NCBI RefSeq assembly: GCF_009914755.1
Contig: NC_060942.1
Source of the DNA: the human T2T-CHM13v2.0 reference genome, Homo sapiens
Direction: 5' to 3' (one strand)
Length of the DNA: 64,000 nt
A model generated the notes under the pieces. That model did no database searches and was not told the origin of the DNA. It saw only the letters and a program-made list of their open reading frames with translations. Below are positions 30,479-46,029 of the stretch, in pieces. Numbering within the stretch: the first letter of the stretch is position 1; every line of letters starts with the position of its first letter. Made by a program: the position numbers and the translations under genes.

Positions 30479-33400
30479 TAATACTCCAAGAAGATATAAC
30501 ATTCTTTAATGTGTATTCATCTAACAACAGATTGTCAAAATGTGTGGGGCAAAAACTGATGGAACTGCAAGGAAAAATAAATGAATCCACTAATTTAGTT
30601 GGGTATTTTATCACCCCTTAATCAGAAACAGACAGATTTAGTCAGCAGATAACTAGTAAGGATATAGATGAACTCAATATACCATTAATCAACTGGATAT
30701 AACAAACATATAGGTTACTTTATCCAAGAACAGAAGAATACACGTTTTTATTAATTTTATATGGAACTTTCACCAAGATAGACCATGTTCTGCTCCTGAA
30801 AACACACCTTAAAATTTTTTAAAAATAAAAATCATACAATGTCTCCTCACAGACCAGAGTGAAATTAAACTAGAAATGAATAACAAAAAGATAACTAGAA
30901 AATCTCAACTTACTTGGGGATTAATCAAAGACTTCTCAGTAGCCCATACATCAAAGAAGAAATCTGAAGAAAATTAAAATATTCAGAGCTAAATGAAAAT
31001 ACAACTTATCAAAAGTTGTGAGATACAGTAAAAGCATTGCTTAAAGAAAAAAAACTCTAAGCTTTGAAATCAAATATTAGAAAAAAATAAAGATCTAAAA
31101 TCAATAATCTAAGTTTTCACCTTAGGAAACCAGAAAAAGAAGACCAAGCAAAATGCAAAGTAAGCTGAAGAAAAATAATACAAATTAGAGCAGAAATCAA
31201 TAAAATAAAAAAACAAGAAAATCAATTTTTTATAAATCAACAAAATTAAAATCTGGTTATTTGAAAAGATCAAGAAAATCAATAAACCTCTTGTCAGGTT
31301 TATGAGGCAATAAAAGCCTTGCTCAGAGAAGGCTTTTTTAGACTTAGAAAAAAAGAAGACCCAAATTACTCATGTCAGAATAAAAGAGGAAGATTGCTAC
31401 AGATCCCATGGACGTTAAAAAGATACTAAAAAATATTACGAACAACTTTATGCCCACAAATTTAGTAACTTAGGTGAAATGGGACAATGTTTTGAAGGAT
31501 ACGATTTACTGGTTTTCACACAAGACCAGGTAAACACTGTGAGTCTGCCTATTAAAGAAATCAAATTAATAATTAATATCCTTTAAAACAGAAAGCACCA
31601 GCCCCAGATGGGCCACTGGTAAACTTTACCAAATGTTTAAGGAAGAAATGATACCTATTTTCTACAATCTCTACCAAAAAATAGAAGCAGAAGGAATATG
31701 CCCAACTTATTTTATGGTACGAGTATTACCCTAACAAGACCAGATAAAGGCATTGCAAGAAAAGAAATCTATAGACACATATTGCTTGTGAACAAAATAG
31801 ACAAATGCAAAAACCCTCACAAAATATTAGCAAATTAAATCCAACAGTATATAAAAAGAATTATTACCATTATTAAATGGGATTTATCCCTGGTTCAACA
31901 TTCAGAAATCAATTAATGTAATCCATCACATCAACAAGCTACAGAAGAAAAATCACATGATATCAATAGATACAGAGAAAGCATTTGAAAATATTCCAAT
32001 ACCCATTCATGATAAAAATTCTCAGCAAATTGAAAACAGAGGGGAATTTTACATATTTTATAAAGAACATCTACAAAAAACCTGTAGATCACATCATACT
32101 TAATGGTGAAAAACTTGAAGCTTTCCTGCTAAGCTCAGACAGGACAAAGGTGTTTCTTCTCAACACTGTTTTTCAACATCATACTGGAAGTCCTAGCTAT
32201 TGCAATAAGTTGCAAAATAAGTAAAAATAATATAGTATAGGAATGGAGAAATAAAACCCTTTGTTCCTAGATGATGATTGTCTATGTAGAAATTTGGAAA
32301 AAAATTGCCAGAAAAAAAAAATCCTGTAACTAATAAGCGATTAGAGTAAGTTTGTAAGATACAAGTTTAATCTGGAAAAGTTTATTTCCTAAATACCAGC
32401 AATAAACAAGTGGAATTAGAAATCAAAAACATATTACCCTTTGTACTACCGTCCAAAAATAAAATAGGCATCAATCTAGCAAAAAAATACCCCGCACAAT
32501 TTATATGAGGAAATCTACAAAATTTTGATAAAAGACATAAAAGAAGAACTAAATAAATGAAGACATAGTTTATGTTTATGGTGAGAAGACCCAATATAGT
32601 CAAGATGTCAGTTCTTCTCAACTTGGATTCAATGCCATCCCAATCAAAATCCTAGTAAGTTATTTTACGGATATTTGCAAACTGATTCTTAAATTTATGT
32701 GGACAGAGAAAAGACCCAAAATAGTCAACTCAATATCAAAGGAGAAGAAAGAAGCTGGAGGACTGACACCACCGAAATTCAAGACTAACTATAAAGCTAC
32801 AGTAATGAAGACAGTGTGTCACTGGAGAAAGAAAAAAACGTATAGATCAAAAGAACAGAAAAGAGAGCATATAAATAGACCCACATAAATACTCAACTGT
32901 CTTTGACAAAGGAGCAAAAATGGTGCAATGGAGCAAAGTCTTTCAAACAAATGATAACAACTGGACATCAACATTTTGCATCACGTGTAAAAATGTGAAT
33001 CTAAATATAGACCTGTCACGCTTCTCAAAGTTAACTCAACATGAATCACAGACTTTAATGTAAAATGCAAATTATAAAACTCCTAGAAGATAATGAGAAG
33101 AAAACTTAGATGAACCTGGGTATGGCGATGACTTTTAAATACAACACTGAAGGCATGATTTATGAAAGAAACAAATGACACACTGGACTTCATTCAAAAG
33201 AAAAAAAAAGGTGTGCTTTGTAAAAGACAATGTCGAGAGAATGAGAAGATAAGCAACATACTGGGAGAAAAACACCGGATAAAGGATTGTTATCCAAACT
33301 ATACAAAGAACCCTTAAAGCTCCACAATAAGAAAATGAACAACTCAATTAAAAAAGAAGCAAAAAACCCAAATACATAACTCATAGACGAAGACATACAG

Positions 33401-33844
33401 AAGGCAAGTAAGCATATAAAAATCGTTCTGTATCATATGTCACTAGGGAACTTCAAATTTGAACCATGAGATATCAATATATAGTGCACTGTTAGAAGAG
33501 CCAAAATTCAAAACACTGACAACACCAAATGCTCACAAGGATGTGAAGCAATGGGGATTTTCATTCATTGCTGGTGGCAATGGAAGATGGTACAGCTGCT
33601 TTGGAAGGCAGCTTGGCAATTTCTTATGAAACTAAATATGCTTTTATCACATGGTCCAGCAACTGTGCCCTTTGGTATTTACTCAAATGCCTTGAAAATT
33701 TATGTCCACACAGGAACCTGCACAAAGATGTTTATAGCAGTTTTACTCATAATTGTGCCAAAACTTGGAAGCAACCAAGATGTCCTTAGCTTACTGTAAC
33801 TTCTATGTTTTATAAACTTTTTTGTTAGGCTAATTAATTAACTC

Positions 33845-34109
33845 ATTTTAGAGACAGGATCTCACTCTGTTGCCCAGGTATGATTATAGCTCACTGCAAC
33901 CTTGAACTTCTGGGCTCAAGTGATCCTCCTTCCTGAGTACCTGGGACTACAGGCACATGACAGCGTGCCTCACCAATTTTTAAACTTTTTATAGAGACGG
34001 GATCTTGCTTTGTTGCCTGGACTGTTCCTGAGCTCCTGGCTTCAACTAATCCTCCTGTATTAGCCTTGCAAAGTTCTGGGATTACAGGCATTAACTATTT
34101 CTCCCGGCC
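33845..34109 (-). mobile_element. AluJ with internal deletions, nested in Tigger3b
   Basis: gagacaggatctcactctgttgcccagg...gggctcaagtgatcctcc...cccggcc. Confidence 0.85.
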
Positions 34110-34486
34110 TCTACTTAAAAACTTCTTAGAAACTTTTTGACCCTTTGGTAGTAACATTTACCTTACAACATAAACACATTGTACAGCTGTACAAAAATAT
34201 ATTTATTTATATTCTTATTCTCAAAACTTTTATTTCCATTTCTAAAATTATTCATTTACTTTTAACGCTTTTTGTTAAAAACTAAGACACAAACATACAT
34301 ATTGGCCTAGGCTTACACAGGGTCAGGATCATTAATATCATTCTGTTTCACCTCCACATCTTGTCCCTCTGGAAGGTCTTCAAGAGCAATAACATGCATG
34401 GAGCTGTCTCCTACGACATCGATACCGTCTTCTCAGGTACCTCCTGACTGACCTGCCTGAGGTTGTTGACAGTTACCTTTTTTTAT

Positions 34487-34740
34487 AAACTATCACAAGG
34501 ACAAAAAACCAAACACCGCATGTTCTCACTCATAGGTGGGAATTGAACAATGAGAACACATGGACACAGGAAGGGGAACATCACACTCCGGGGCCTGTTG
34601 TGGGGTGGGGGGAGGGGGGAGGGATAGCATTAGGAGATATACCTAAATGTTAAATGACAAATGGGTGCAGCACACCCACATGGCACATGTATACATATGT
34701 AACAAACCTGCAATAATAATAAAAAAATTAAAAAAAAATA
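34487..34740 (+). mobile_element. 5'-truncated L1PA (PA3/4-like) 3' end nested in Tigger3b
   Basis: aaactatcacaaggacaaaaaaccaaacaccgcatgttctcactcataggtggg, G-rich tract, A tail. Confidence 0.92.
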
Positions 34741-35126
34741 GAAGTAGTATACTCTAAATATCTATGAAGAGTATAGTAAATACATAAACCAGCAACATAG
34801 TTGTTTATTATTATTATCAAGTATTATGTACCATACTTAATCATATGTGCTATACTTTTACTTGACTGCAAGTGCTATAGGTTTGTTTACACCAGAATCA
34901 ACATAAACATGTGAGTAGTGCGTTACACTATGACATTATGAGGGCTATGACATCATGAGGGCTATGACATCACTAGATGATTGATAGGAAGTTTTCAGGT
35001 CCATTATAATCTTATGGGACCGCCATCATACATGCAATCTATTGTTGACCAAAACGTTGTTAGGTGGCACCTGACTGTATTTGTATACAAAGTCTGACTA
35101 ACCATCCACATTAAAAATAATTTCAG

Positions 35127-35990
<864 letters not shown>

Positions 35991-36896
35991 ATAGCAGATA
36001 TTATCAACTGAACATAATTATTTTTTATTTTTATATAATACTTTCTGATGCTTTCACTGAACGGAAGTAATTATAAAAGACTAGGAACATCAAACCTGAC
36101 ACACAAAACTAGAACAAATCTCTCTTATCAGAATTCTCTCTGAAGGGAACACTACAATTTGCATTAAGTACAAATGCATTTTCTTAAGTGTCTCCCAGGT
36201 AATGGCGTTTATGTAATATGTAAAATAGCAAGATGCCTTCTTCTGATCTTTTCTTTACCAGTTATGTAGGGGTATCACCTTGGTTATGCTTCTTTCATTC
36301 TAGGCCTTGCTCTCCTCATTCAGAAATAAGGAATTTTCTAAAATATGTCTACATCCTTCCCCCTAGTTTAAACATTTTATGATTTAATAATATTATTTCC
36401 TTACTTTAGTCCATTTATTCCTCTAGTTGATGTTTTAATATATGAAACTACGAAAAGTTGACCAAGAGGTGCATAATACTAATCACCAAACAGAATTAAC
36501 TTTTTGGTAACAGGGTTAGGTTGTTTCAGAGAAGAGATATTAAAAAGTTTCTATGTTACACATGCCATTCTGTAAACATGGTATGATTGTATTAATCCTC
36601 TGCAAAAACAGGAAAAGGCATGCATGGTAGGAAATGTTCCCCTGAGTATTTTTGCTATTGTCGATAGTTTCCCTTTAGTTGTATCCCAAAAAGTAGAGAG
36701 AGAAACAAACTCTCGTGAACCATCACTTAGCTTCATCATCTATCAATATTTTGCCATATTTCATTTGTCCCACCCACTTTAAAAATTATTTTCCCCTGTA
36801 TCATTTAAAACAAGTTAAATGCTTAATTATTTCTCATTAATTATTAACTTTCACAATAAATAACTCATTTTATGCAATTGGTAAGGCGTTTGATGA

Positions 36897-37254
<358 letters not shown>

Positions 37255-37329
37255 CTTTACTTTCTTTGAAAATCTTATTCTGTACACAAAATACGTTTCA
37301 ATAAATTGTTGTCATTATTATTATTAGTG

Positions 37330-39480
37330 TTTAGTTATTTTTTGGTAGTTTGTGGTTTGGTCTTTAATAGGTTTCTCAAAAGAGTTAACGAAAACATAAT
37401 CTATGAACCTTGCATGTTCATATATATTTGTCTGAGTCATTGTAACTGATGGTCAGTTTTGTTGTGTACAAAATTCTTGGCTCCCGATTCTTTCCTAGAA
37501 TCTCTTAAAATTGTACTATGTCATCTTCTGCTATAAAGCATTGCTGTGAAAAAACTATGCCAATTTGACTTTCGTTCTAAGTGACTCAGCTTTTTGTTCA
37601 AATGCCCAAATATATCTTATCTTAAAAACGAATAGTTTTTCTAAGATATATCTCAAAATGGACAAGGCTGAGTTAAACATCATAGGTAAACAATTTTTTC
37701 ATTCAATCTTTAGACCTACGTACATATCCTTTTATGTTTTAGAAAACTTTCTGGCTTAAAGTTTTAAGAATTTGTTGGTTTATATTTAGGGACTCTTCCC
37801 AGTGACTTTAAATCTGTGTATGTTTTAACTCCTTTGCTTTTTCTGTATGTCCATCGCTGTCTTTCACATCCTTCTTTATGTCTAGTTTTATTATTTGACT
37901 CGTCTCTTTCTCTTCTCTATTTTCCTATTCTTGTTTGCATCTATTTGCTCTTGACTCCAACCACTATACTCTTGTTTTATAAATTTTTCTCTCGCCTTTT
38001 TTATTTCCGTTTTGTCACTGATTTTCTCATAGCCACTTTTTGTTTCATTTCTTCTTTTTCAGTTGTTCTCATTCTGTCTTATGGTGATTTTTCATAGCTT
38101 TTTGTTTTGTTGTGTTTTCTGATATTTCCTTTGGCATATTTTGATACATTGGTGTACATGTTTTCTCTCTTGTGCAACCACCCTTTATTCGGTCTCTGTA
38201 TGACCTGTTGGATTATTTTTTTTGATAATAAATATTTGTTATTAAAAAATTTGTTTAAAAATTTGCCTTTTTTTAATGTAATTTAATTTAAGTGCTGGGA
38301 TGCATGTGCAGGATGTGCAGGTTTGTTACACAGGTAAATGTGTGCCATGGTGGTCCCATCACCTAAGCATTCAACCCCACATGCATTACCTATTTGTCCT
38401 GTTGCTCTCCCTCCCCCATCCCTCTTCTCCCAGAGGCCCCAGTGTGTGTTGTTCCCCTCCCTGTGTCCATGTATTCTCATTGTTCAGCTTCCACTTATAA
38501 GTGAGAACAGGCGGTGTTTGGTTTTCTGTTTGCTTGTATATATTTATGTGGCTTTAATAATTTTCCTGCTTGCTGCTCACCTGTGAATAATAGGGGCATG
38601 TGAGGGAGATTAGAAAGTGTCCTAGCGTAAAGGGTGGGGTGAGCAAGCACAGCCTTCCCAGCTACAAATTGGAAAGTTGCTCTTCTCTGACGATGTAACA
38701 TATTAAACCCCATGGCCTTTGGTGTACTTATTTATCTCATTTGCAGGATCAAGCCTGATTCAGACACTCTTCTGGTCTCTAGCTCTGTAACTCCAGAACT
38801 CTACCAACATTGTCTTTTAAGGCAGAGCTTTCACCTTGAAATATTGTACTTTTCTGTTTCAGCATATTTTAGTTCTGCTGCGTCTGTGCCTCTTTTCTGC
38901 TTGGCATCTGACGTTTCTTCTGCCTGAAATTCTTCAACATTTCTGCCTTACTCAATTTAGATTCCATTTCAAGCAATTTTAAAAAATTACTTCCTGTTGC
39001 ATTTCTGTCCTTCTAAAAGGACTTGTTGAGTATTTCCGAAATTTTTGAGGACTCAAGAAACTTTGGACTATTCCAATTTTGTTGTATATTCCAATCCTTG
39101 GCTCCTTGTGGTCCCACTTTGCTTACTGAAAGCCTGGAACTCATAAAACGTTCTCCCAGCCTTGCTGATTATTTGAGATTTGTTAACCTAGACTTTACTC
39201 AGCCTGAGATGTTCTTCTTTTAGGGATGAATTTCATTTTGCAATCTGGTTTCCTTTCTCCTCATTTTCTTTGCAACTGGGGTTGCATATCTGCTTATCAC
39301 TCACAGGTCCTGTTGCTGTCTGTGTTTTCGTGACAACCATACTTTGATGCTTATGGGATTATTTATCTCTTACTTTACTGAAGATGTTACCAGCTAGATG
39401 TTACTTCTTCACTATTTTAATTGATTTGTCTATTTTGAGTGAATAAGAATACAATGAAAACTATATGTATGTTACTGTTA
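37330..39480 (-). mobile_element. Very old L1M/HAL1-like fragments
   Basis: T-rich antisense ORF1-like motifs (tacaaaattcttggct, tcttctg...ttgctgtgaaaaa). Confidence 0.4.
38268..38530 (-). mobile_element. L1PA (PA10-13-like) 3' end
   Basis: catgtgcaggatgtgcaggtttgttacacaggtaaa...ccacttataagtgagaaca...tttggttttctgtt. Confidence 0.88.
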
Positions 39481-39593
39481 AATATTTGCTATTTAGTCAA
39501 TAAGGATTTCAAATACTTCACACTAAAAAAAAATACAACTCAGAAGCTGAGGGGATGACACTGCGTGTAATGTTGTTATGACAGCCTTGCTGC

Positions 39594-40072
39594 TGTTACT
39601 CTTGCTTGAGTAAACTTTAGACAGGTTTCTTCCTAACTCTAGCCGCTGATCTCTTTTCTTAGAGTGTTAAGGAAGCTTGCAATTATACAATCTTTTTCTG
39701 CCCGTTTAAAATGTACATCTTCACCCAACGTCTTTCCAGTTTTACAATCCAGGAATCTTTTTCAAGGACCTGTTAGCCATTCTTGTAAAATGTAATCATC
39801 AAGGAAGACAGCCTGCCTTCCATTCTCTGCCTGAGGGTCAGAGTCCAACTCTAATACACACCAACTAGCAAACAGAGATGGCATGATCCCATCGGCCAAC
39901 TTCCACTCTCATGTCTTTCAGGACATACCCCTTCCGTCACTCACCCCAGCACTTTTACTCTCATGGCTGTCATTTCAGCTTGGTTGAGCTTGATCTCTTT
40001 CCTCTGCTGCAATAGCTTTGAATAAAGTCTTTCTTGCCTGGTTAACTTACCCAGTGTAATTTGCCTTTGACA
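39594..40072 (+). mobile_element. ERV1 solo LTR (MER31/MER67-like)
   Basis: TGT...GACA ends, ttcaaggacctg motif, AATAAA at 40021 followed by gtctttcttgcc. Confidence 0.6.
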
Positions 40073-40513
40073 AAAAGACCCTTGACCGGTGTAAGAAGAC
40101 TGACATGCAGAATTTTTGTCTCTGCTTGGCCCAAAAGTAATGTTTTTGCTTTCATGAATTTCCAGTTCATAAGGTCATTTTCAGAAGACTAGGGATAATG
40201 TTTTCTTAAATTTGGGAGCTTATATTTCATTTGCATAAAGACCCCAGCAAAGACCTTTAGTTTTCTCAGACTCTTAAGTACATACAAAGTCAGTGTGAAT
40301 CATGCAGAATGAGAATGACAATGACACTGATGGATGATAACTTCATAGTTTTAGAAATGAAACATCTTAATGAGAATGAATTGAACTACATGGTAGGAAA
40401 TAAACTGATTTAATTCTCTAAATTGATGTCCCCATGCCCAAGCAAGTCCTCCCATGTATGTCCCATATTCTTAATGTGTTAAAGGGATCAGCCAATGAGA
40501 TGAATAATACTAA

Positions 40514-40540
40514 ACACACACAAACACACACACACACACA
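40514..40540. repeat. (CA)n microsatellite, interrupted
   Basis: Read directly. Confidence 0.85.
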
Positions 40541-42074
40541 AAGTTAAAAAGTGCATTTCTATCTTTTGGAAATCTTTCATGAATGACAAATCACTGGAGC
40601 ACACCTGGCAGGCAGTTTTGTCTTGAATTTGTTTTCCAAGCCCCATTTTAACAAGGATAACTACCTTTACAGCTTTAGAGGAAGATATAATGTAATTGCT
40701 ATTTTAATATTTAAAAAAAGTCAGAAGCTCCATTTCAGAGACAACTGCTAGGAAAGCAGGAAGTAAGCCATAGTGTCTGTCTTTTTTTTCCTACTTCTTT
40801 CCAAAACTTTCTCGGAGTAGCAACTTCCACCTTCCTCCCAATCTATATGTTTAGACAAGTGGTTGCTTTTCAATTGTGTATGAGTCTGTGTGATTCCAGC
40901 ACCAATTTTGTGCAGCAGACAGAATTTCCCTAAATCTATTTGTGATCCACGGTCAAACGATTGTTTATTTTCTAACGGGAAAAATGAGGGTAATATAGCA
41001 AGCAGCCACTTTTATTTGAGGACTGTAATAAAAGAGACTCTGCAGACGGGCTTTTGCATCTCATTATCAAACGTTCTACTAAAGTACTTCTTTATAATGG
41101 AAAAAAGGAGTCCTTTCTCCTGAGATGATCTAAAGATCCATGCTGTTCATTAAAAGGGCTGAACAGAGAGGTCTCACATCTTTATTCAAAGCTGAGATTA
41201 GACAAGTCTTTAAAAAAATTATTAGAGCCCTCTTTGTTACCAATGCTACCTCGTTTCTTTAACCTCGCCCTCTGGCTGTGCGCAGAACCCTCCAGAAAAG
41301 CACATTCAATTCCCTTTACTGCAAATGAAGATGGACATGCTACTGTGCCACATTAATTTTAGCCAGTCGGGGGGCACAGACAATCTGGAAGTGTACACTG
41401 AGTTTATTTCTTTTCATTTCTAAAAGAAGCAAATCCATTAAAAACTACTTGACTGGGGCCCAGGAACACAAATTATACCAGTGGTAAAGAAAGAATTACT
41501 ATGAGGTGTTGAGGCTAAAGATATTCTAATCCTGCCTGGTTGTGATAAGAACAAGGTGTCAGGTGACAGGATGGGTCAGGCCAAACTCATTGCTCTGAAC
41601 AAAGTAATGCTGTTCCTTTTCAGTTCCCACAATGAGACATTTTCTTAATAAACAGTTGAAATTAACCAGGCATTTTCAGAATCAGCAGAAGATGAATAAT
41701 CAAGCTCATTGTCACCCTTGTGAACCATTCTCTTTGGCCTTATCCTTTACGCTTAGAAAGACAGTCCATGCCCATGAATATAAAAGCAGCTGAAGATAAC
41801 ATATTTCATGTAATTACCATTGAAACTGCCAAAAGTCCCACCTGGGACAAGTTCTGAACCCACAAAAAGACTACAGTATTCACACGCTGCTGGCGGCAAT
41901 GAGCGGAAGCTCTCCTAGTAAATTTAGAGAATGTCCAGGCTCCAGGTCCATGCATAATGAGAAAGTCTGGCCAGAAGCTGGCTTGGTTTTAATACTCTAT
42001 GGTAATGTGGACACACATGAGGCAGGGGTCTGTCTTTCAAACTCTGCTGGGTCGTGAGCCTAGCGTAGGGGTAA

Positions 42075-42295
42075 CGGCAGGCTCTAAATAGAGCCTGTTG
42101 AGGTCAAAGCCTCATTACCCCCTTAGTAACTGAACAAACAACTTATACTTTCTGTGAATCCGTTTCCTCATTTATGAAATGGGCATAGTAACAATTTGTG
42201 CCTCACAAGGCTGTGGAGGTGACATGAGTTACTAAATATTTAGCAGTTAGAACTGCACCTAGCAAATTCTAGTACTCTACAAACAGTATTTATTC
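42075..42295 (+). mobile_element. MIR SINE
   Basis: gtttcctcatttatgaaatggg...cctcacaaggctgtggagg...ttagaactgcacctagca. Confidence 0.7.
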
Positions 42296-42479
42296 CTAAC
42301 AGTTTGGTTTTACAATGACACCTTTTTCTTCCCTTCTTTCCTTTTTTTTATATGACTAACAATTATTGCAAAAACAAATTTAAAATACAAGTAAACAAAA
42401 AGAAAATAAGATCACCCCAATTCCCATCATCCCAAATATATAGGTATATAATATCCTTTTAACTTGTTTAATGCTGATG

Positions 42480-42990
42480 TATACATTCATTGATTTAATA
42501 TGTATTTATTATGGACTTATATGTGTCTTGTTCTACATGATGTTCTATGTAATTAAAGTAAGTAAATATTCTGCCTTCAAAGACTATTATAAATAAGAAA
42601 CAATGCATACATACACAGTGTATACCTAAGATATTAAATTATATGAGTGCTATAAAAATGTCTATTAAATAAACAGTGAGTGATGGCCCAAGTTATTTTA
42701 GATAAGGAAATGCTGTTTGAGGTGATACTGCAATAGACACCAGAATGCAGTGAGGGAGAATGTCACGCAGACATCTAGGGAAATCACTCTCTAGGGAGAG
42801 GAAATAAGGGGGAAAGCGTGTTTGGCATGCAGGGAGTATTCCAGGCACCATCGAGTTAGTGCATCTGGCATTCTGTGAGAGGTGACAAAAGGAGAGACGC
42901 AGTTTAGCAGCAGCTGGTAATCAGATCATCTATGGATTGTTGCCCAGTGCAGGGATATCAAATTTTGTTTTAAGTGGAAATGATAACATT
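42480..42990 (-). mobile_element. L2 (antisense 3' region)
   Basis: cattcattgatttaatatgtatttatt...ctgccttcaaag... Confidence 0.55.
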
Positions 42991-44072
42991 GGGGGGTGGA
43001 GGGGGGAGTCAGAATAAAATAATATAAAAATTTGTAAATACCTAAAAATAATATTCTTCATGGCTCTGTAAGAAATACATGCAGTTTAATAATTAATACT
43101 TCAATGATATAGATAAATAAACATGCAGTTAGTCATTGAAACAGAGGCAATTTTAAGAAAAGGAGTTCTGTTAATCATTACTCTGGGACAGTGGAGAGGG
43201 TGGACCATTTCAGGTACACAAGGATCCAATACTTAGGAAGTCAATTCCAATGTGATGTTCCCTCTAGGATTTCTTTTCAGGAAGCTGTGCCAATTCCAGT
43301 GACAAGAATGACAATATGGCTTTACAACCATGTGGTTTCTTTGCAGGAGCTGAAAGAAATGGTAGCTAGATAGTATATTGACCCAGATGCCTTCAAACAC
43401 ACAAGCTCAGGTTAGATACCTCCAAAACCTATGCTTTAGGGTGGATCAGACAGACCATGTGTTGCTCCTCTCTTCATTATTATTTTTACTATATTAATAT
43501 TATTATTATTTTATTTTATAAGCATGTGGTTTTGTTAATTATTTAGATATATACTTATTATTATGATAAGTAGTGCCAAGTTGATGATATTCACTGCTAC
43601 CTAACTTCCCACTCCTTCTGGGGAAACAGATTTGATTGTTAGTAGCCAGCACAAATAGATTGAATTTTTATGAACTATATTTTCAAGTTTCAGTCATGTT
43701 GGCATGCCCTTTGTACTTGTTCACTTCCGAATGCCCTGCTCATTCATCTTCGCATATTTTCATGTGCTTAGTTATTATACGTAGAATTCTATATGTATTC
43801 TGTGTGTGCCCAATCTGACTTTTCTGTTTTGTTTTTAAATTAATATTGGCTCAAAACTCTGTATGTTCATTTCTGACTTTTATGTTTTAAGTTGTGTTTG
43901 GAAGTCCTGTTTCCCATTTCAAGATTATACAAATATATATTCTTTCATTTAAGAAAATATTTTTATCAAATTATATTTCATTTAGGACTTGAACCATTTG
44001 GAAGTTTTGTTGCATGATTTAATGCTAAGATTTGGCTTTTTACAAATTTAGCATCTTAAAACACATAGTTTC

Positions 44073-44362
<290 letters not shown>

Positions 44363-44899
44363 AAAACACATAGTTTCCTACATTAGTTATGTTTCTGAGG
44401 GTTTTCAGTTCCTCTCCAGTTTTTCCATACTCCTTTGCATACCAAGAGATTGGGAAGCCAACAAGCTGTGTTCCCCAGATGCAGTATTAGATGACTTCCT
44501 GATAGGCTCTGATATGGGAGGTTCCTGCGGGTGCCGGGAGGTGGGAGGAATGAGGAAACCATGTGTGTTTCTGCTCTGATCACCCTCAGAATGGGAGTGG
44601 CTGCAGACGAGGGGGCTTTGGTGCTGATTTCAGCGGCATGAGCAGCTGTCCTGGTACCTGGGTGCTGGCCTAGTGGCTGGGCAGATCCAGCAGGAGCGGC
44701 AGCTGCTCATGGTGAGTGGTGGCACATGGGTTGCATTCAGTGGCACAGCATGCCAGGCACCCATCTTTCTCTGTACTGCTCCATCAATGCTTTTAATGTT
44801 TTTAATCATTCTTAAATTAAAGATGTGTTTCAAATGCCTACAGTGGCTTCCATTTTCCTCCATGGACAATGACTAGATGCACCATTTATTTGCCAAGTT

Positions 44900-45620
44900 G
44901 TCACTTTGAGTATGAAAATCCCCTCCATCCCTCATTCAACCCCCATCAGCACTTAGGTTCCATTTCACACATCCTACTGCAAAAAAAAAAAAAACCTCCA
45001 CCTCCAAACTCTCCAGTAAATCCTTCTGCAGCCATAAGGAACTTTTCCAAGTACAAATCTTATCGTCATTCTCAGCTTTGCAGAAAAATTTCAAATAATA
45101 ACCATGTCTTCTCCAATAAATAAATATTCTGTAAAAGGATCTACATGATGCAACCTCAATGGTCTCCTTTCACTCCACCAAAGGCCCATCACAACCTCCA
45201 TTCATTCTCATTGCTTATGCAAACTGTACATTCGTCTTCTGTCTCTCATGTTGGTATGCTTCTCTCAACCCACACTTCATGTTCATACTATTTCCTCTCT
45301 CGATTACTCTTTTTTCTCTTTGTTCTTTTACAGTCTTGTGATATTCATTACACATTAAAACAAGACCTCTCATATCTCTCTGATTAGTTGAATCTCCATA
45401 TTAGAGTTTATTTTATTACTGTGTATCTCTTCTACATTCTACTTGTAGTAATGGAGTAATTCCAAATTTGTATTTGCGTAAGAAATTACTGGATTCACAT
45501 CTGGTTTCCCTCATTCCAACTAAACTCAAACTCCAAGCATACAAGAGCTGGGTCTACGCTTGCTCATTCTTTAACACCAGAAACTGGCATGTTACCTGCA
45601 GATTCTATGATTGCTTGTTG
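44900..45620 (+). mobile_element. L2 fragments
   Basis: Pyrimidine-rich diverged L2-like motifs. Confidence 0.4.
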
Positions 45621-46029
45621 TTGCTGTATTTCTTAGATTCTCTGTTGGACTCATCTGTTATTCCATTTCTGTCTAGTATTTTCTCGTTTAATCAAGAAGC
45701 ACTTGATTATATTTTGCCACATGGAATAGCAAGTTTTTGCATTATTCTTCTGTTTTCAAGATTTTGTTGGCTATTCTTGCAAATATTTTTCAGATGAACA
45801 TCATCATTTTTACTGATACGAAAATACTAAAACAATAAATGCAGTGAAAGAAATAGAAACTATTAGGCTTTGAATAATCACTAATTTTTTATATGCTGTA
45901 TTATTTTAGTGAAGACAATATTTTCAAGCAGTCCCTTAGTATTTGGCATTTGATTTGTTTACAGTTTTTTTATATTATCAACATTGTGACCATATGCATG
46001 TGTAATGTAGATATATATATATATTTATT

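Larger units (their letters stand above)
33784..35077 (-). mobile_element. Tigger3b/MER7 (TcMar-Tigger), one end missing
   Basis: cacattgtacagctgtacaaaaatat, cagggtcaggatca, terminal attataatcttatgggacc...tgactg followed by TA. Confidence 0.85.

Noticed and set aside
31312-31339. Hairpin plus T-tract resembling a bacterial intrinsic terminator
   Set aside because: Primate nuclear DNA inside an L1; better explained as a templated insertion
34929-34972. 17-bp tandem repeat ATGAGGGCTATGACATC
   Set aside because: Local slippage in an already repetitive part of Tigger3b
37816-38097. Hydrophobic ORF resembling a membrane protein (also 45468-45797 and 47588-47854)
   Set aside because: T-rich sequence yields Phe/Leu-rich chance ORFs; non-ATG starts and no exon context
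42078-42097. Inverted repeat CAGGCTCTA-aa-TAGAGCCTG as a pre-miRNA or MEF2 site
   Set aside because: Stem too short for a pre-miRNA, spacing wrong for MEF2, and it lies at a MIR edge
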